Origin: Eledone cirrhosa
Lineage: Eukaryota
Direction: 5' to 3'
Assembly (NCBI GenBank): GCA_964016885.1
Contig: OZ024745.1
Coordinates: 4,588,001-4,652,000 of the forward strand
Length of the DNA: 64,000 nt
The notes under the pieces were generated by a model. It had not been told where the DNA came from. It did not search any database and saw only the letters and a list, made by a program, of their open reading frames with translations. Made by a program: the position numbers and the translations under genes. This document shows positions 46,901-61,900 of the stretch, one piece after another (position 1 is the stretch's first letter; each line of letters opens with the position of its first letter).

Positions 46901-49900
46901 TCTCTTTATGTCATCTGTTGTTGAGTTCCCTTCAAGTCATCTGTTGTTGAGTTCTCTTTATGGCATCTGTTGTTGAGTTCACTTCAAGACATCTGTTGTT
47001 GAGTTCGATTCAAGTCATCTGTTGTTGAGTTCACTTCAAGTCATCTGTTGTTGAGTTCATTTCAAGTCATCTGTTCTTGAGTTCACTTCAAGTCATCTGT
47101 TGTTGAGTTCACTTCAAGTCATCTGTTGTTGAGTTCTCTTTATGTCATCTGATGTTTAGTTCTCTTTATGTCATCTGTTGTTGAGTTCACTTCATGTCAT
47201 CTGTTGTTGAGTTCACTTTAAGTCATCTGTTGTTGAGTTCACTTCAAGTCATCTGTTGTTGAGTTCACTTCAAGTCATCTGTTGTTGAGTTCACTTCAAG
47301 TCATCTGTTGTTGAGTTCTCTTTATGTCATTTGTTGTTTAGTTCTCTTTATGTCATCTGTTGTTGAGTTCACTTCAAGTCATCTGTTGTTGAGTTCACTT
47401 CAAGTCATCTGTTGTTGAGTTCATTTCAAGTCATCTGTTGTTGAGTTCACTTCAAGTCATCTGTTGTTGAGTTCTCTTTATGTCATCTGTTGTTTAGTTC
47501 ACTTTATGTCATCTGTTGTTGAGTTCACTTCAAGTCATCTGTTGTTGAGTTCACTTCAAGTCATCTGTTGTTGAGTTCTCTTTATGTCACCTGTTGTTTA
47601 GTTCTCTTTATGTCATCTGTTGTTGAGTTCACTTCAAGTCATCTGTTGTTGAGTTCACTTCAAGTCATCTGTTGTTGAGTTCACTTCAAGTCATCTGTTG
47701 TTGAGTTCACTTCAAGTCATCTGTTTTTGAGTTCACTTCAAGTCATCTGTTGTTGAGTTCACTTCAAGTCATCTGTTGTTGAGTTCACTTCAAGTCATCT
47801 GTTGTTGAGTTCACTTCAAGTCATCTGTTGTTGAGTTCACTTCAAGTCATCTGTTGTTGAGTTCTCTTTATGTCATCTGTTGTTGAGTTCTCTTTATGTC
47901 ATCTGTTGTTTAGTTATCTTTATGTCATCTGTTGTTGAGTTCACCTTCAAGTCATCTGTTGTTGAGTTCACTTCAAGTCATCTGTTGTTGAGTTCACTTC
48001 AAGTCATCTGTTGTTGAATTCACTTCAAGTCATCTGTTGTTGAGTTCCCTTCATGTCATCTGTTGTTTAGTTCTCTTTATGGCATCTGTTGTTGAGTTCA
48101 CTTCAAGACATGTGTTGTTGAGTTCACTTCAAGTCATCTGTTGTTGAGTTCACTTCAAGTCATCTGTTCTTGAGTTCACTTCAAGTCATCTGTTGTTGAG
48201 TTCACTTCAAGTCATGTGTTGTTGAGTTCACTTCAAGTCATCTGATGTTGAGTTCTCTTTATGTCATCTGTTGTTTAGTTCTCTTTATGTCATCTGTTGT
48301 TGAGTTCACTTCATGTCATCTGTTGTTGAGTTCACTTTAAGTCATCTGTTGTTTAGTTCACTTCAAGTCATCTGTTGTTGAGTTAACTTCAAGTCATCTG
48401 TTGTTGAGTTCTCTTTATGTCATCTGTTGTTTAGTTCTCTTTATGTCATCTGTTGTTGAGTTCACTTCAAGTCATCTGTTGTTGAGTTCACTTCAAGTCA
48501 TCTGTTGTTGAGTTCACTTCAAGTCATCTGTTGTTGAGTTCTCTTTATGTCATCTGTTGTTGAGTTCTCTTTATGTCATCTGTTGTTTAGTTATCTTTAT
48601 GTCATCTGTTGTTGAGTTCAATTCAAGTCATCTGTTGTTGAGTTCACTTCAAGTCATCTGTTGTTGAGTTCACTTCAAGTCATCTGTTGTTGAGTTCTCT
48701 TTATGTCATCTGTTGTTTAGTTCTCTTTATGTCATCTGTTGTTGAGTTCACTTCAAGTCATCTGTTGTTGAGTTCACTTTAAGTCATCTGTTGTTGAGTT
48801 CACTTCAAGTCATCTGTTGTTGAGTTCACTTCAAGTCATCTGTTGTTGAGTTCTCTTTATGTCATCTGTTGTTGAGTTGTCTTTATGTCATCTGTTGTTG
48901 AGTTCACTTCAAGTCATCTGTTGTTGAGTTCACTTAAAGTCATCTGTTTTTGAGTTCACTTCAAATCATCTGTTGTTGAGTTCACTTCAAGTCATCTGTT
49001 GTTGAGTTCACTTCAAGTCATCTGTTGTTCAGTTCACTTCAAGTCATCTGTTGTTGAGTTCACTTCAAGTCATCTGTTGTTGAGTTCTCTTTATGTCATC
49101 TGTTGTTGAGTTCTCTTTATGTCATCTGTTGTTTAGTTATCTTTATGTCATCTGTTGTTGAGTTCACCTTCAAGTCATATGTTGTTGAGTTCACTTCAAG
49201 TCATCTGTTGTTGAGTTCACTTCAAGTCATCTGTTGTTGAATTTACTTCAAGTCATCTGTTGTTGAGTTCACTTCAAGTCATCTGTTGTTGAGTTCACTT
49301 CAAATCATCTGTTGTTGAGTTCTCTTTATGTCATCTGTTGTTGAGTTCCCTTCAAGTCATCTGTTGTTGAGTTCTCTTTATGGCATCTGTTGTTGAGTTC
49401 ACTTCAAGACATCTGTTGTTGAGTTCGATTCAAGTCATCTGTTGTTGAGTTCACTTCAAGTCATCTGTTGTTGAGTTCACTTCAAGTCATCTGTTGTTGA
49501 GTTCACTTCAAGTCATCTGTTGTTGAGTTCACTTCAAGTCATCTGTTCTTGAGTTCACTTCAAGTCATCTGTTGTTGAATTCTCTTTATGTCATCTGTTG
49601 TTGAATTCTCTTTATGACATCTGTTATTGAGTTCTCTTTATGTCATCTGTTGTTTAGTTATCTTTATGTCATCTGTTGTTGAGTTCACTTCAAGTCATCT
49701 GTTGTTGAGTTCCCTTCAAGACATCTGTTGTTGAGTTCTCTTTATGGCATCTGTTGTTGGGTTCACTTCAAGACATCTGTTGTTGAGTTCACTTTAAGTC
49801 ATCTGTTGTTGAGTTCACTTCAAGTCATCTGTTGTTGAGTTCACTTCAAGTCATCTGTTGTTGAGTTCACTTCAAGTCATCTGTTGTTGAGTTCACTTCA

Positions 49901-52900
49901 AGTCATCTGTTATTGAGTTCACTTCAAGACATCTGTTGTTGAGTTCTCTTTATGTCATCTGTTGTTGAGTTCTCTTTATGTCATCTGTTGTTTAGTTCTC
50001 TTTATGTCATCTGTTGTTGAGTTCACTTCATGTCATCTGTTGTTGAGTTCACTTTAAGTCATCTGTTGTTGAGTTCACTTCAAGTCATCTGTTGTTGAGT
50101 TCACTTCAAGTCATCTGTTGTTGAGTTCACTTCAAGTCATCTGTTGTTGAGTTCTCTTTATGTCATCTGTTGTTTAGTTCTCTTTATGTCATCTGTTGTT
50201 GAGTTCACTTCAAGTCATCTGTTGTTGAGTTCACTTCAAGTCATCTGTTGTTGAGTTCACTTCAAGTCATCTGTTGTTGAGTTCTCTTTAAGTCATCTGT
50301 TGTTTAGTTCTCTTTATGTCATCTGTTGTTTAGTTATCTTTATGTCATCTGTTGTTGAGTTCACCTTCAAGTCATCTGTTGTTGAGTTCACTTCAAGTCA
50401 TCTGTTGTTGAGTTCACTTCAAGTCATCTGTTGTTGAATTCACTTCAAGTCATCTGTTGTTGAGTTCCCTTCATGTCATCTGTTGTTGAGTTCTCTTTAT
50501 GGCATCTGTTGTTGAGTTCACTTCAAGACATGTGTTGTTGAGTTCACTTCAAGTCATCTGTTGTTGAGTTCACTTCAAGTCATCTGTTCTTGAGTTCACT
50601 TCAAGTCATCTGTTGTTGAGTTCACTTCAAGTCATGTGTTGTTGAGTTCACTTCAAGTCATCTGTTGTTGAGTTCTCTTTATGTCATCTGTTGTTTAGTT
50701 CTCTTTATGTCATCTGTTGTTGAGTTCACTTTAAGTCATCTGTTGTTGAGTTCACTTTAAGTCATCTGTTGTTTAGTTCACTTCAAGTCATCTGTTGTTG
50801 AGTTCACTTCAAGTCATCTGTTGTTGAGTTCTCTTTATGTCACCTGTTGTTTAGTTCTCTTTATGTCATCTGTTGTTGAGTTCACTTCAAGTCATCTGTT
50901 GTTGAGTTCACTTCAAGTCATCTGTTGTTGAGTTCACTTCAAGTCATCTGTTGTTGAGTTCACTTCAAGTCATCTGTTGTTGAGTTCTCTTTATGTCATC
51001 TGTTGTTTAGTTCGCTTTATGTCATCTGTTGTTCAGTTCACTTCAAGTCATCTGTTGTTGAGTTCACTTCAAGTCATCTGTTGTTGAGTTCACTTCAAGT
51101 CATCTGTTGTTGAGTTCACTTCAAGTCATCTGTTGTTGAGTTCACTTCAAGTCATCTGTTGTTGAGTTCTCTTTATGTCATCTGTTGTTTAGTTCTCTTT
51201 ATGTCATCTGTTGTTGAGTTCACTTCAAGTCATCTGTTGTTGAGTTCACTTCAAGTCATCTGTTGTTGAGTTCACTTCAAGTCATCTGTTGTTGAGTTCA
51301 CTTCAAGTCATCTGTTGTTGAGTTCACTTCAAGTCATCTGTTGTTGAGTTCTCTTTATGTCATCTGTTGTTGAGTTCTCTTTATGTCATCTGTTGTTTAG
51401 TTCTCTTTATGTCATCTGTTGTTGAGTTCACTTCAAGTCATCTGTTGTTGAGTTCACTTCAAGTCATCTGTTGTTGAGTTCACTTCAAGTCATCTGTTGT
51501 TGAGTTCTCTTTATGTCATCTGTTGTTGAGTTCTCTTTATGTCATCTGTTGTTTAGTTATCATTATGGCATCTGTTGTTGAGTTCACTTCAAGTCATCTG
51601 TTGTTGAGTTCACTTCAAGTTATCTGTTGTTGAGTTCACTTCAAGTCATCTGTTGTTGAGTTCACTTCAAGTCATCTGTTGTTGAGTTCACTTCAAGTCA
51701 TCTGTTGTTGAGTTCACTTCAAGTCATCTGTTGTTGAGTTGTCTTTATGTCATCTGTTGTTGAGTTCTCTTTATGTCATCTGTTGTTTAGTTATCATTAT
51801 GGCATCAGTTGTTGAGTTCACTTCAAGTCATCTGTTATTGAGTTCTCTTCAAGTCATCTGTTATTGAGTTCACTTCAAATCATCTGTTGTTGTGTTCTCT
51901 TTATGTCATCTGTTGTTGAGTTCCCTTCAAGTCATCTGTTGTTGAGTTCTCTTTATGTTATCTGTTGTTGAGTTCACTTCAAGTCATCTGTTGTTGAGTT
52001 CACTTCAAGTCATCTGTTGTTGAGTTCACTTCAAGTCATCTGTTGTTTAGTTCTCTTTATGTCATCCGTTGTTGAGTTCACTTCAAGTCATCTGTTGTTG
52101 AGTTCACTTCAAGTCATCTGTTGTTGAGTTCTCTTTATGTCATCTGTTGTTGAGTTCTCTTTATGTTATCTGTTGTTGAGTTCACTTCAAGTCATCTGTT
52201 GTTGAGTTCACTTCAAGTCATCTGTTGTTGAGTTCACTTCAAGTCATCTGTTGTTGAGTTCTCTTTATGCCATCTGTTATTTAGTTCTCTTTATGTCATC
52301 TGTTGTTGAGTTCACTTCAAGTCATCTGTTGTTGAGTTCACTTCAAGTCATCTGTTGTTGAGTTCACTTCAAGTCATCTGTTGTTGAGTTCACTTCAAGT
52401 TATCTGTTGTTGAGTTCACTTCAAGTCATCTGTTGTTGAGTTCACTTCAAGTCATCTGTTGTTGAGTTCACTTCAAGTCATCTGTTGTTGAGTTCACTTC
52501 AAGTCATCTGTTGTTGAGTTCTCTTTATGTCATCTGTTGTTGAGTTCTCTTTATGTCATCTGTTGTTTAGTTATCTTTATGTCATCTGTTGTTGAGTTCA
52601 CCTTCAAGTCATCTGTTGTTGAGTTCACTTCAAGTCATCTGTTGTTGAATTCACTTCAAGTCATCTGTTGTTGAGTTCACTTCAAGTCATCTGTTGTTGA
52701 GTTCTCTTTATGGCATCTGTTGTTGAGTTCACTTCAACACATCTGTTGTTGAGTTCACTTCAAGTCATCTGTTGTTCAGTTCACTTCAAGTCATCTGTTG
52801 TTGAGTTCACTTCAAGTCATGTGTTGTTGAGTTCACTTCAAGTCATCTGTTGTTGAGTTCTCTTTATGGCATCTGTTGTTTAGTTATCTTTATGTCATCT

Positions 52901-55900
52901 GTTGTTGAGTTCAATTCAAGTCATCTGTTGTTGAGTTCACTTCAAGTCATCTGTTGTTGAGTTCACTTCAAGTCATCTGTTGTTGAGTTCTCTTTATGTC
53001 ATCTGTTGTTTAGTTCTCTTTATGTCATCTGTTGTTGAGTTCACTTCAAGTCATCTGTTGTTGAGTTCACTTTAAGTCATCTGTTGTTGAGTTCACTACA
53101 AGTCATCTGTTGTTGAGTTCACTTCAAGTCATCTGTTGTTGAGTTCTCTTTATGTCATCTGTTATTTAGTTCTCTTTATGTCATCTGTTGTTGAGTTAAC
53201 TTCAAGTCATCTGTTGTTGAGTTCACTTCAAGTCATCTGTTTTTGAGTTCACTTCAAGTCATCTGTTGTTGAGTTCACTTCAAGTCATCTGTTGTTGAGT
53301 TCACTTCAAGTCATCTGTTGTTGAGTTCACTTCAAGTCATCTGTTGTTGAGTTCACTTCAAGTCATCTGTTGTTGAGTTCTCTTTATGTCATCTGTTGTT
53401 GAGTTCTCTTTATGTCATCTGTTGTTTAGTTATCTTTATGTCATCTGTTGTTGAGTTCACCTTCAAGTCATCTGTTGTTGAGTTCACTTCAAGTCATCTG
53501 TTGTTGAGTTCACTTCAAGTCATCTGTTGTTGAATTCACTTCAAGTCATCTGTTGTTGAGTTCCCTTCATGTCATCTGTTGTTGAGTTCTCTTTATGGCA
53601 TCTGTTGTTGAGTTCACTTCAAGACATTTGTTGTTGAGTTCACTTCAAGTCATCTGTTGTTGAGTTCACTTCAAGTCATCTGTTCTTGAGTTCACTTCAA
53701 GTCATCTGTTGTTGAGTTCACTTCAAGTCATGTGTTGTTGAGTTCACTTCAAGTCATCTGTTGTTGAGTTCTCTTTATGTCATCTGTTGTTTAGTTCTCT
53801 TTATGTCATCTGTTGTTGAGTTCACTTCATGTCATCTGTTGTTGAGTTCACTTTAAGTCATCTGTTGTTTAGTTCACTTCAAGTCATCTGTTGTTGAGTT
53901 CTCTTTATGTCATCTGTTGGTGAGTTCTCTTTATGTCATCTGTTGTTTAGTTATCTTTATGTCATCTGTTGTTGAGTTCACCTTCAAGTCATATGTTGTT
54001 GAGTTCACTTCAAGTCATCTGTTGTTGAGTTCACTTCAAGTCATCTGTTGTTGAATTTACTTCAAGTCATCTGTTGTTGAGTTCACTTCAAGTCATCTGT
54101 TGTTGAGTTCACTTCAAATCATCTGTTGTTGAGTTCTCTTTATGTCATCTGTTGTTGAGTTCCCTTCAAGTCATCTGTTGTTGAGTTCTCTTTATGGCAT
54201 CTGTTGTTGAGTTCACTTCAAGACATCTGTTGTTGAGTTCGATTCAAGTCATCTGTTGTTGAGTTCACTTCAAGTCATCTGTTGTTGAGTTCACTTCAAG
54301 TCATCTGTTGTTGAGTTCACTTCAAGTCATCTGTTGTTGAGTTCACTTCAAGTCATCTGTTCTTGAGTTCACTTCAAGTCATCTGTTGTTGAATTCTCTT
54401 TATGTCATCTGTTGTTGAATTCTCTTTATGACATCTGTTATTGAGTTCTCTTTATGTCATCTGTTGTTTAGTTATCTTTATGTCATCTGTTGTTGAGTTC
54501 ACTTCAAGTCATCTGTTGTTGAGTTCCCTTCAAGACATCTGTTGTTGAGTTCTCTTTATGGCATCTGTTGTTGGGTTCACTTCAAGACATCTGTTGTTGA
54601 GTTCACTTTAAGTCATCTGTTGTTGAGTTCACTTCAAGTCATCTGTTGTTGAGTTCACTTCAAGTCATCTGTTGTTGAGTTCACTTCAAGTCATCTGTTG
54701 TTGAGTTCACTTCAAGTCATCTGTTATTGAGTTCACTTCAAGACATCTGTTGTTGAGTTCTCTTTATGTCATCTGTTGTTGAGTTCTCTTTATGTCATCT
54801 GTTGTTTAGTTCTCTTTATGTCATCTGTTGTTGAGTTCACTTCATGTCATCTGTTGTTGAGTTCACTTTAAGTCATCTGTTGTTGAGTTCACTTCAAGTC
54901 ATCTGTTGTTGAGTTCACTTCAAGTCATCTGTTGTTGAGTTCACTTCAAGTCATCTGTTGTTGAGTTCTCTTTATGTCATCTGTTGTTTAGTTCTCTTTA
55001 TGTCATCTGTTGTTGAGTTCACTTCAAGTCATCTGTTGTTGAGTTCACTTCAAGTCATCTGTTGTTGAGTTCACTTCAAGTCATCTGTTGTTGAGTTCTC
55101 TTTAAGTCATCTGTTGTTTAGTTCTCTTTATGTCATCTGTTGTTTAGTTATCTTTATGTCATCTGTTGTTGAGTTCACCTTCAAGTCATCTGTTGTTGAG
55201 TTCACTTCAAGTCATCTGTTGTTGAGTTCACTTCAAGTCATCTGTTGTTGAATTCACTTCAAGTCATCTGTTGTTGAGTTCCCTTCATGTCATCTGTTGT
55301 TGAGTTCTCTTTATGGCATCTGTTGTTGAGTTCACTTCAAGACATGTGTTGTTGAGTTCACTTCAAGTCATCTGTTGTTGAGTTCACTTCAAGTCATCTG
55401 TTCTTGAGTTCACTTCAAGTCATCTGTTGTTGAGTTCACTTCAAGTCATGTGTTGTTGAGTTCACTTCAAGTCATCTGTTGTTGAGTTCTCTTTATGTCA
55501 TCTGTTGTTTAGTTCTCTTTATGTCATCTGTTGTTGAGTTCACTTTAAGTCATCTGTTGTTGAGTTCACTTTAAGTCATCTGTTGTTTAGTTCACTTCAA
55601 GTCATCTGTTGTTGAGTTCACTTCAAGTCATCTGTTGTTGAGTTCTCTTTATGTCACCTGTTGTTTAGTTCTCTTTATGTCATCTGTTGTTGAGTTCACT
55701 TCAAGTCATCTGTTGTTGAGTTCACTTCAAGTCATCTGTTGTTGAGTTCACTTCAAGTCATCTGTTGTTGAGTTCACTTCAAGTCATCTGTTGTTGAGTT
55801 CTCTTTATGTCATCTGTTGTTTAGTTCGCTTTATGTCATCTGTTGTTCAGTTCACTTCAAGTCATCTGTTGTTGAGTTCACTTCAAGTCATCTGTTGTTG

Positions 55901-58900
55901 AGTTCACTTCAAGTCATCTGTTGTTGAGTTCACCTCAAGTCATCTGTTGTTGAGTTCACTTCAAGTCATCTGTTGTTGAGTTCTCTTTATGTCATCTGTT
56001 GTTTAGTTCTCTTTATGTCATCTGTTGTTGAGTTCACTTCAAGTCATCTGTTGTTGAGTTCACTTCAAGTCATCTGTTGTTGAGTTCACTTCAAGTCATC
56101 TGTTGTTGAGTTCACTTCAAGTCATCTGTTGTTGAGTTCACTTCAAGTCATCTGTTGTTGAGTTCTCTTTATGTCATCTGTTGTTGAGTTCTCTTTATGT
56201 CATCTGTTGTTTAGTTCTCTTTATGTCATCTGTTGTTGAGTTCACTTCAAGTCATCTGTTGTTGAGTTCACTTCAAGTCATCTGTTGTTGAGTTCACTTC
56301 AAGTCATCTGTTGTTGAGTTCTCTTTATGTCATCTGTTGTTGAGTTCTCTTTATGTCATCTGTTGTTTAGTTATCATTATGGCATCTGTTGTTGAGTTCA
56401 CTTCAAGTCATCTGTTGTTGAGTTCACTTCAAGTTATCTGTTGTTGAGTTCACTTCAAGTCATCTGTTGTTGAGTTCACTTCAAGTCATCTGTTGTTGAG
56501 TTCACTTCAAGTCATCTGTTGTTGAGTTCACTTCAAGTCATCTGTTGTTGAGTTGTCTTTATGTCATCTGTTGTTGAGTTCTCTTTATGTCATCTGTTGT
56601 TTAGTTATCATTATGGCATCAGTTGTTGAGTTCACTTCAAGTCATCTGTTATTGAGTTCTCTTCAAGTCATCTGTTATTGAGTTCACTTCAAATCATCTG
56701 TTGTTGTGTTCTCTTTATGTCATCTGTTGTTGAGTTCCCTTCAAGTCATCTGTTGTTGAGTTCTCTTTATGTTATCTGTTGTTGAGTTCACTTCAAGTCA
56801 TCTGTTGTTGAGTTCACTTCAAGTCATCTGTTGTTGAGTTCACTTCAAGTCATCTGTTGTTTAGTTCTCTTTATGTCATCCGTTGTCGAGTTCACTTCAA
56901 GTCATCTGTTGTTGAGTTCACTTCAAGTCATCTGTTGTTGAGTTCTCTTTATGTCATCTGTTGTTGAGTTCTCTTTATGTTATCTGTTGTTGAGTTCACT
57001 TCAAGTCATCTGTTGTTGAGTTCACTTCAAGTCATCTGTTGTTGAGTTCACTTCAAGTCATCTGTTGTTGAGTTCTCTTTATGTCATCTGTTATTTAGTT
57101 CTCTTTATGTCATCTGTTGTTGAGTTCACTTCAAGTCATCTGTTGTTGAGTTCACTTCAAGTCATCTGTTGTTGAGTTCACTTCAAGTCATCTGTTGTTG
57201 AGTTCACTTCAAGTTATCTGTTGTTGAGTTCACTTCAAGTCATCTGTTGTTGAGTTCACTTCAAGTCATCTGTTGTTGAGTTCACTTCAAGTCATCTGTT
57301 GTTGAGTTCACTTCAAGTCATCTGTTGTTGAGTTCTCTTTATGTCATCTGTTGTTGAGTTCTCTTTATGTCATCTGTTGTTTAGTTATCTTTATGTCATC
57401 TGTTGTTGAGTTCACCTTCAAGTCATCTGTTGTTGAGTTCACTTCAAGTCATCTGTTGTTGAATTCACTTCAAGTCATCTGTTGTTGAGTTCACTTCAAG
57501 TCATCTGTTGTTGAGTTCTCTTTATGGCATCTGTTGTTGAGTTCACTTCAACACATCTGTTGTTGAGTTCACTTCAAGTCATCTGTTGTTCAGTTCACTT
57601 CAAGTCATCTGTTGTTGAGTTCACTTCAAGTCATGTGTTGTTGAGTTCACTTCAAGTCATCTGTTGTTGAGTTCTCTTTATGGCATCTGTTGTTTAGTTA
57701 TCTTTATGTCATCTGTTGTTGAGTTCAATTCAAGTCATCTGTTGTTGAGTTCACTTCAAGTCATCTGTTGTTGAGTTCACTTCAAGTCATCTGTTGTTGA
57801 GTTCTCTTTATGTCATCTGTTGTTTCGTTCTCTTTATGTCATCTGTTGTTGAGTTCACTTCAAGTCATCTGTTGTTGAGTTCACTTTAAGTCATCTGTTG
57901 TTGAGTTCACTACAAGTCATCTGTTGTTGAGTTCACTTCAAGTCATCTGTTGTTGAGTTCTCTTTATGTCATCTGTTATTTAGTTCTCTTTATGTCATCT
58001 GTTGTTGAGTTAACTTCAAGTCATCTGTTGTTGAGTTCACTTCAAGTCATCTGTTTTTGAGTTCACTTCAAGTCATCTGTTGTTGAGTTCACTTCAAGTC
58101 ATCTGTTGTTGAGTTCACTTCAAGTCATCTGTTGTTGAGTTCACTTCAAGTCATCTGTTGTTGAGTTCACTTCAAGTCATCTGTTGTTGAGTTCTCTTTA
58201 TGTCATCTGTTGTTGAGTTCTCTTTATGTCATCTGTTGTTTAGTTATTTTTATGTCATCTGTTGTTGAGTTCACCTTCAAGTCATCTGTTGTTGAGTTCA
58301 CTTCAAGTCATCTGTTGTTGAGTTCACTTCAAGTCATCTGTTGTTGAATTCACTTCAAGTCATCTGTTGTTGAGTTCCCTTCATGTCATCTGTTGTTGAG
58401 TTCTCTTTATGGCATCTGTTGTTGAGTTCACTTCAAGACATTTGTTGTTGAGTTCACTTCAAGTCATCTGTTGTTGAGTTCACTTCAAGTCATCTGTTCT
58501 TGAGTTCACTTCAAGTCATCTGTTGTTGAGTTCACTTCAAGTCATGTGTTGTTGAGTTCACTTCAAGTCATCTGTTGTTGAGTTCTCTTTATGTCATCTG
58601 TTGTTTAGTTCTCTTTATGTCATCTGTTGTTGAGTTCACTTCATGTCATCTGTTGTTGAGTTCACTTTAAGTCATCTGTTGTTTAGTTCACTTCAAGTCA
58701 TCTGTTGTTGAGTTCACTTCAAGTCATCTGTTGTTGAGTTCTCTTTATGTCATCTGTTGTTTAGTTCTCTTCATGTCATCTGTTGTTGAGTTCACTTCAA
58801 GTCATCTGTTGTTGAGTTCACTTCAAGTCATCTGTTGTTGAGTTCACTTCAAGTTATCTGTTGTTGAGTTCTCTTTATGTCATCTGTTGTTGAGTTCTCT

Positions 58901-61900
58901 TTATGTCATCTGTTGTTTAGTTATCTTTATGTCATCTGTTGTTGAGTTCAATTCAAGTCATCTGTTGTTGAGTTCACTTCAAGTCATCTGTTGTTGAGTT
59001 CACTTCAAGTCATCTGTTGTTGAGTTCTCTTTATGTCATCTGTTGTTTAGTTCTCTTTATGTCATCTGTTGTTGAGTTCACTTCAAGTCATCTGTTGTTG
59101 AGTTCACTTTAAGTCATCTGTTGTTGAGTTCACTTCAAGTCATCTGTTGTTGAGTTCACTTCAAGTCATCTGTTGTTGAGTTCTCTTTATGTCATCTGTT
59201 GTTGAGTTCTCTTTATGTCATCTGTTGTTGAGTTAACTTCAAGTCATCTGTTGTTGAGTTCACTTCAAGTCATCTGTTTTTGAGTTCACTTCAAATCATC
59301 TGTTGTTGAGTTCACTTCAAGTCATCTGTTGTTGAGTTCACTTCAAGTCATCTGTTGTTGAGTTCACTTCAAGTCATCTGTTGTTGAGTTCACTTCAAGT
59401 CATCTGTTGTTGAGTTCTCTTTATGTCATCTGTTGTTGAGTTCTCTTTATGTCATCTGTTGTTTAGTTATCTTTATGTCATCTGTTGTTGAGTTCACCTT
59501 CAAGTCATCTGTTGTTGAGTTCACTTCAAGTCATCTGTTGTTGAGTTCACTTCAAGTCATCTGTTGTTGAATTTACTTCAAGTCATCTGTTGTTGAGTTT
59601 ACTTCAAGTCATCTGTTGTTGAGTTCTCTTTATGTCATCTGTTGTTGAGTTCCCTTCAAGTCATCTGTTGTTGAGTTCTCTTTATGGCATCTGTTGTTGA
59701 GTTCACTTCAAGACATCTGTTGTTGAGTTCGATTCAAGTCATCTGTTGTTGAGTTCACTTCAAGTCATCTGTTGTTGAGTTCACTTCAAGTCATCTGTTG
59801 TTGAGTTCACTTCAAGTCATCTGTTGTTGAGTTCACTTCAAGTCATCTGTTGTTGAGTTCTCTTTATGTCATCTGTTGTTTAGTTCTCTTTATGTCATCT
59901 GTTGTTGAGTTCACTTCATGTCATCTGTTGTTGAGTTCACTTTAAGTCATCTGTTGTTGAGTTCACTTCAAGTCATCTGTTGTTGAGTTCACTTCAAGTC
60001 ATCTGTTGTTGAGTTCTCTTTATGTCATCTGTTGTTTAGTTCTCTTTATGTCATCTGTTGTTGAGTTCACTTCAAGTCATCTGTTGTTGAGTTCACTTCA
60101 AGTCATCTGTTGTTGAGTTCATTTCAAGTCATCTGTTGTTGAGTTCACTTCAAGTCATAAGTTGTTAAGTTCTCTTTAGGTCATCTGTTGTTGAGTTCAC
60201 TTCAAGTCATCTGTTGTTGAGTTCACTTCAAGTCATCTGTTGTTGAGTTCACTTCAAGTCATCTGTTGTTGAGTTCACTTCAAGTCATCTGTTCTTGAGT
60301 TCACTTCAAGTCATCTGTTGTTGAATTCTCTTTATGTCATCTGTTGTTGAATTCTCTTTATGACATCTGTTATTGAGTTCTCTTTATGTCATCTGTTGTT
60401 TAGTTATCTTTATGTCATCTGTTGTTGAGTTCACTTCAAGTCATCTGTTGTTGAATTCCCTTCAAGACATCTGTTGTTGAGTTCTCTTTATGGCATCTGT
60501 TGTTGAGTTCACTTCAAGACATCTGTTGTTGAGTTCACTTCAAGTCATCTGTTGTTGAGTTCACTTCAAGTCATCTGTTGTTGAGTTCACTTCAAGTCAT
60601 CTGTTGTTGAGTTCACTTCAAGTCATCTGTTGTTGAGTTCACTTCAAGTCATCTGTTGTTGAGTTCTCTTTATGTCATCTGTTGTTGAGTTCTCTTTATG
60701 TCATCTGTTGTTTAGTTCTCTTTATGTCATCTGTTGTTGAGTTCACTTCATGTCATCTGTTGTTGAGTTCACTTTAAGTCATCTGTTGTTGAGTTCACTT
60801 CAAGTCATCTGTTGTTGAGTTCACTTCAAGTCATCTGTTGTTGAGTTCACTTCAAGTCATCTGTTGTTGAGTTCTCTTTATGTCATCTGTTGTTTAGTTC
60901 TCTTTATGTCATCTGTTGTTGAGTTCACTTCAAGTCATCTGTTGTTGAGTTCACTTCAAGTCATCTGTTGTTGAGTTCACTTCAAGTCATCTGTTCTTGA
61001 GTTCACTTCAAGTCATCTGTTGTTGAGTTCACTTCAAGTCATGTGTTGTTGAGTTCACTTCAAGTCATCTGTTGTTGAGTTCTCTTTATGTCATCTGTTG
61101 TTTAGTTCCCTTTATGTCATCTGTTGTTGAGTTCACTTCATGTCATCTGTTGTTGAGTTCACTTTAAGTCATCTGTTGTTTAGTTCACTTCAAGTCATCT
61201 GTTGTTGAGTTCACTTCAAGTCATCTGTTGTTGAGTTCTCTTTATGTCATCTGTTGTTTAGTTCTCTTTATGTCATCTGTTGTTGAGTTCACTTCAAGTC
61301 ATCTGTTGTTGAGTTCACTTCAAGTCATCTGTTGTTGAGTTCACTTCAAGTCATCTGTTGTTGAGTTCTCTTTATGTCATCTGTTGTTGAGTTCTCTTTA
61401 TGTCATCTGTTGTTTAGTTATCTTTATGTCATCTGTTGTTGAGTTCAATTCAAGTCATCTGTTGTTGAGTTCACTTCAAGTCATCTGTTGTTGAGTTCTC
61501 TTTATGTCATCTGTTGTTTAGTTCTCTTTATGTCATCTGTTGTTGAGTTCACTTCAAGTCATCTGTTGTTGAGTTCACTTTAAGTCATCTGTTGTTGAGT
61601 TCACTTCAAGTCATCTGTTGTTGAGTTCACTTCAAGTCATCTGTTGTTGAGTTCTCTTTATGTCATCTGTTGTTGAGTTCTCTTTATGTCATCTGTTGTT
61701 GAGTTCACTTCAAGTCATCTGTTGTTGAGTTCACTTCAAGTCATCTGTTTTTGAGTTCACTTCAAATCATCTGTTGTTGAGTTCACTTCAAGTCATCTGT
61801 TGTTGAGTTCACTTCAAGTCATCTGTTGTTGAGTTCACTTCAAGTCATCTGTTGTTGAGTTCACTTCAAGTCATCTGTTGTTGAGTTCTCTTTATGTCAT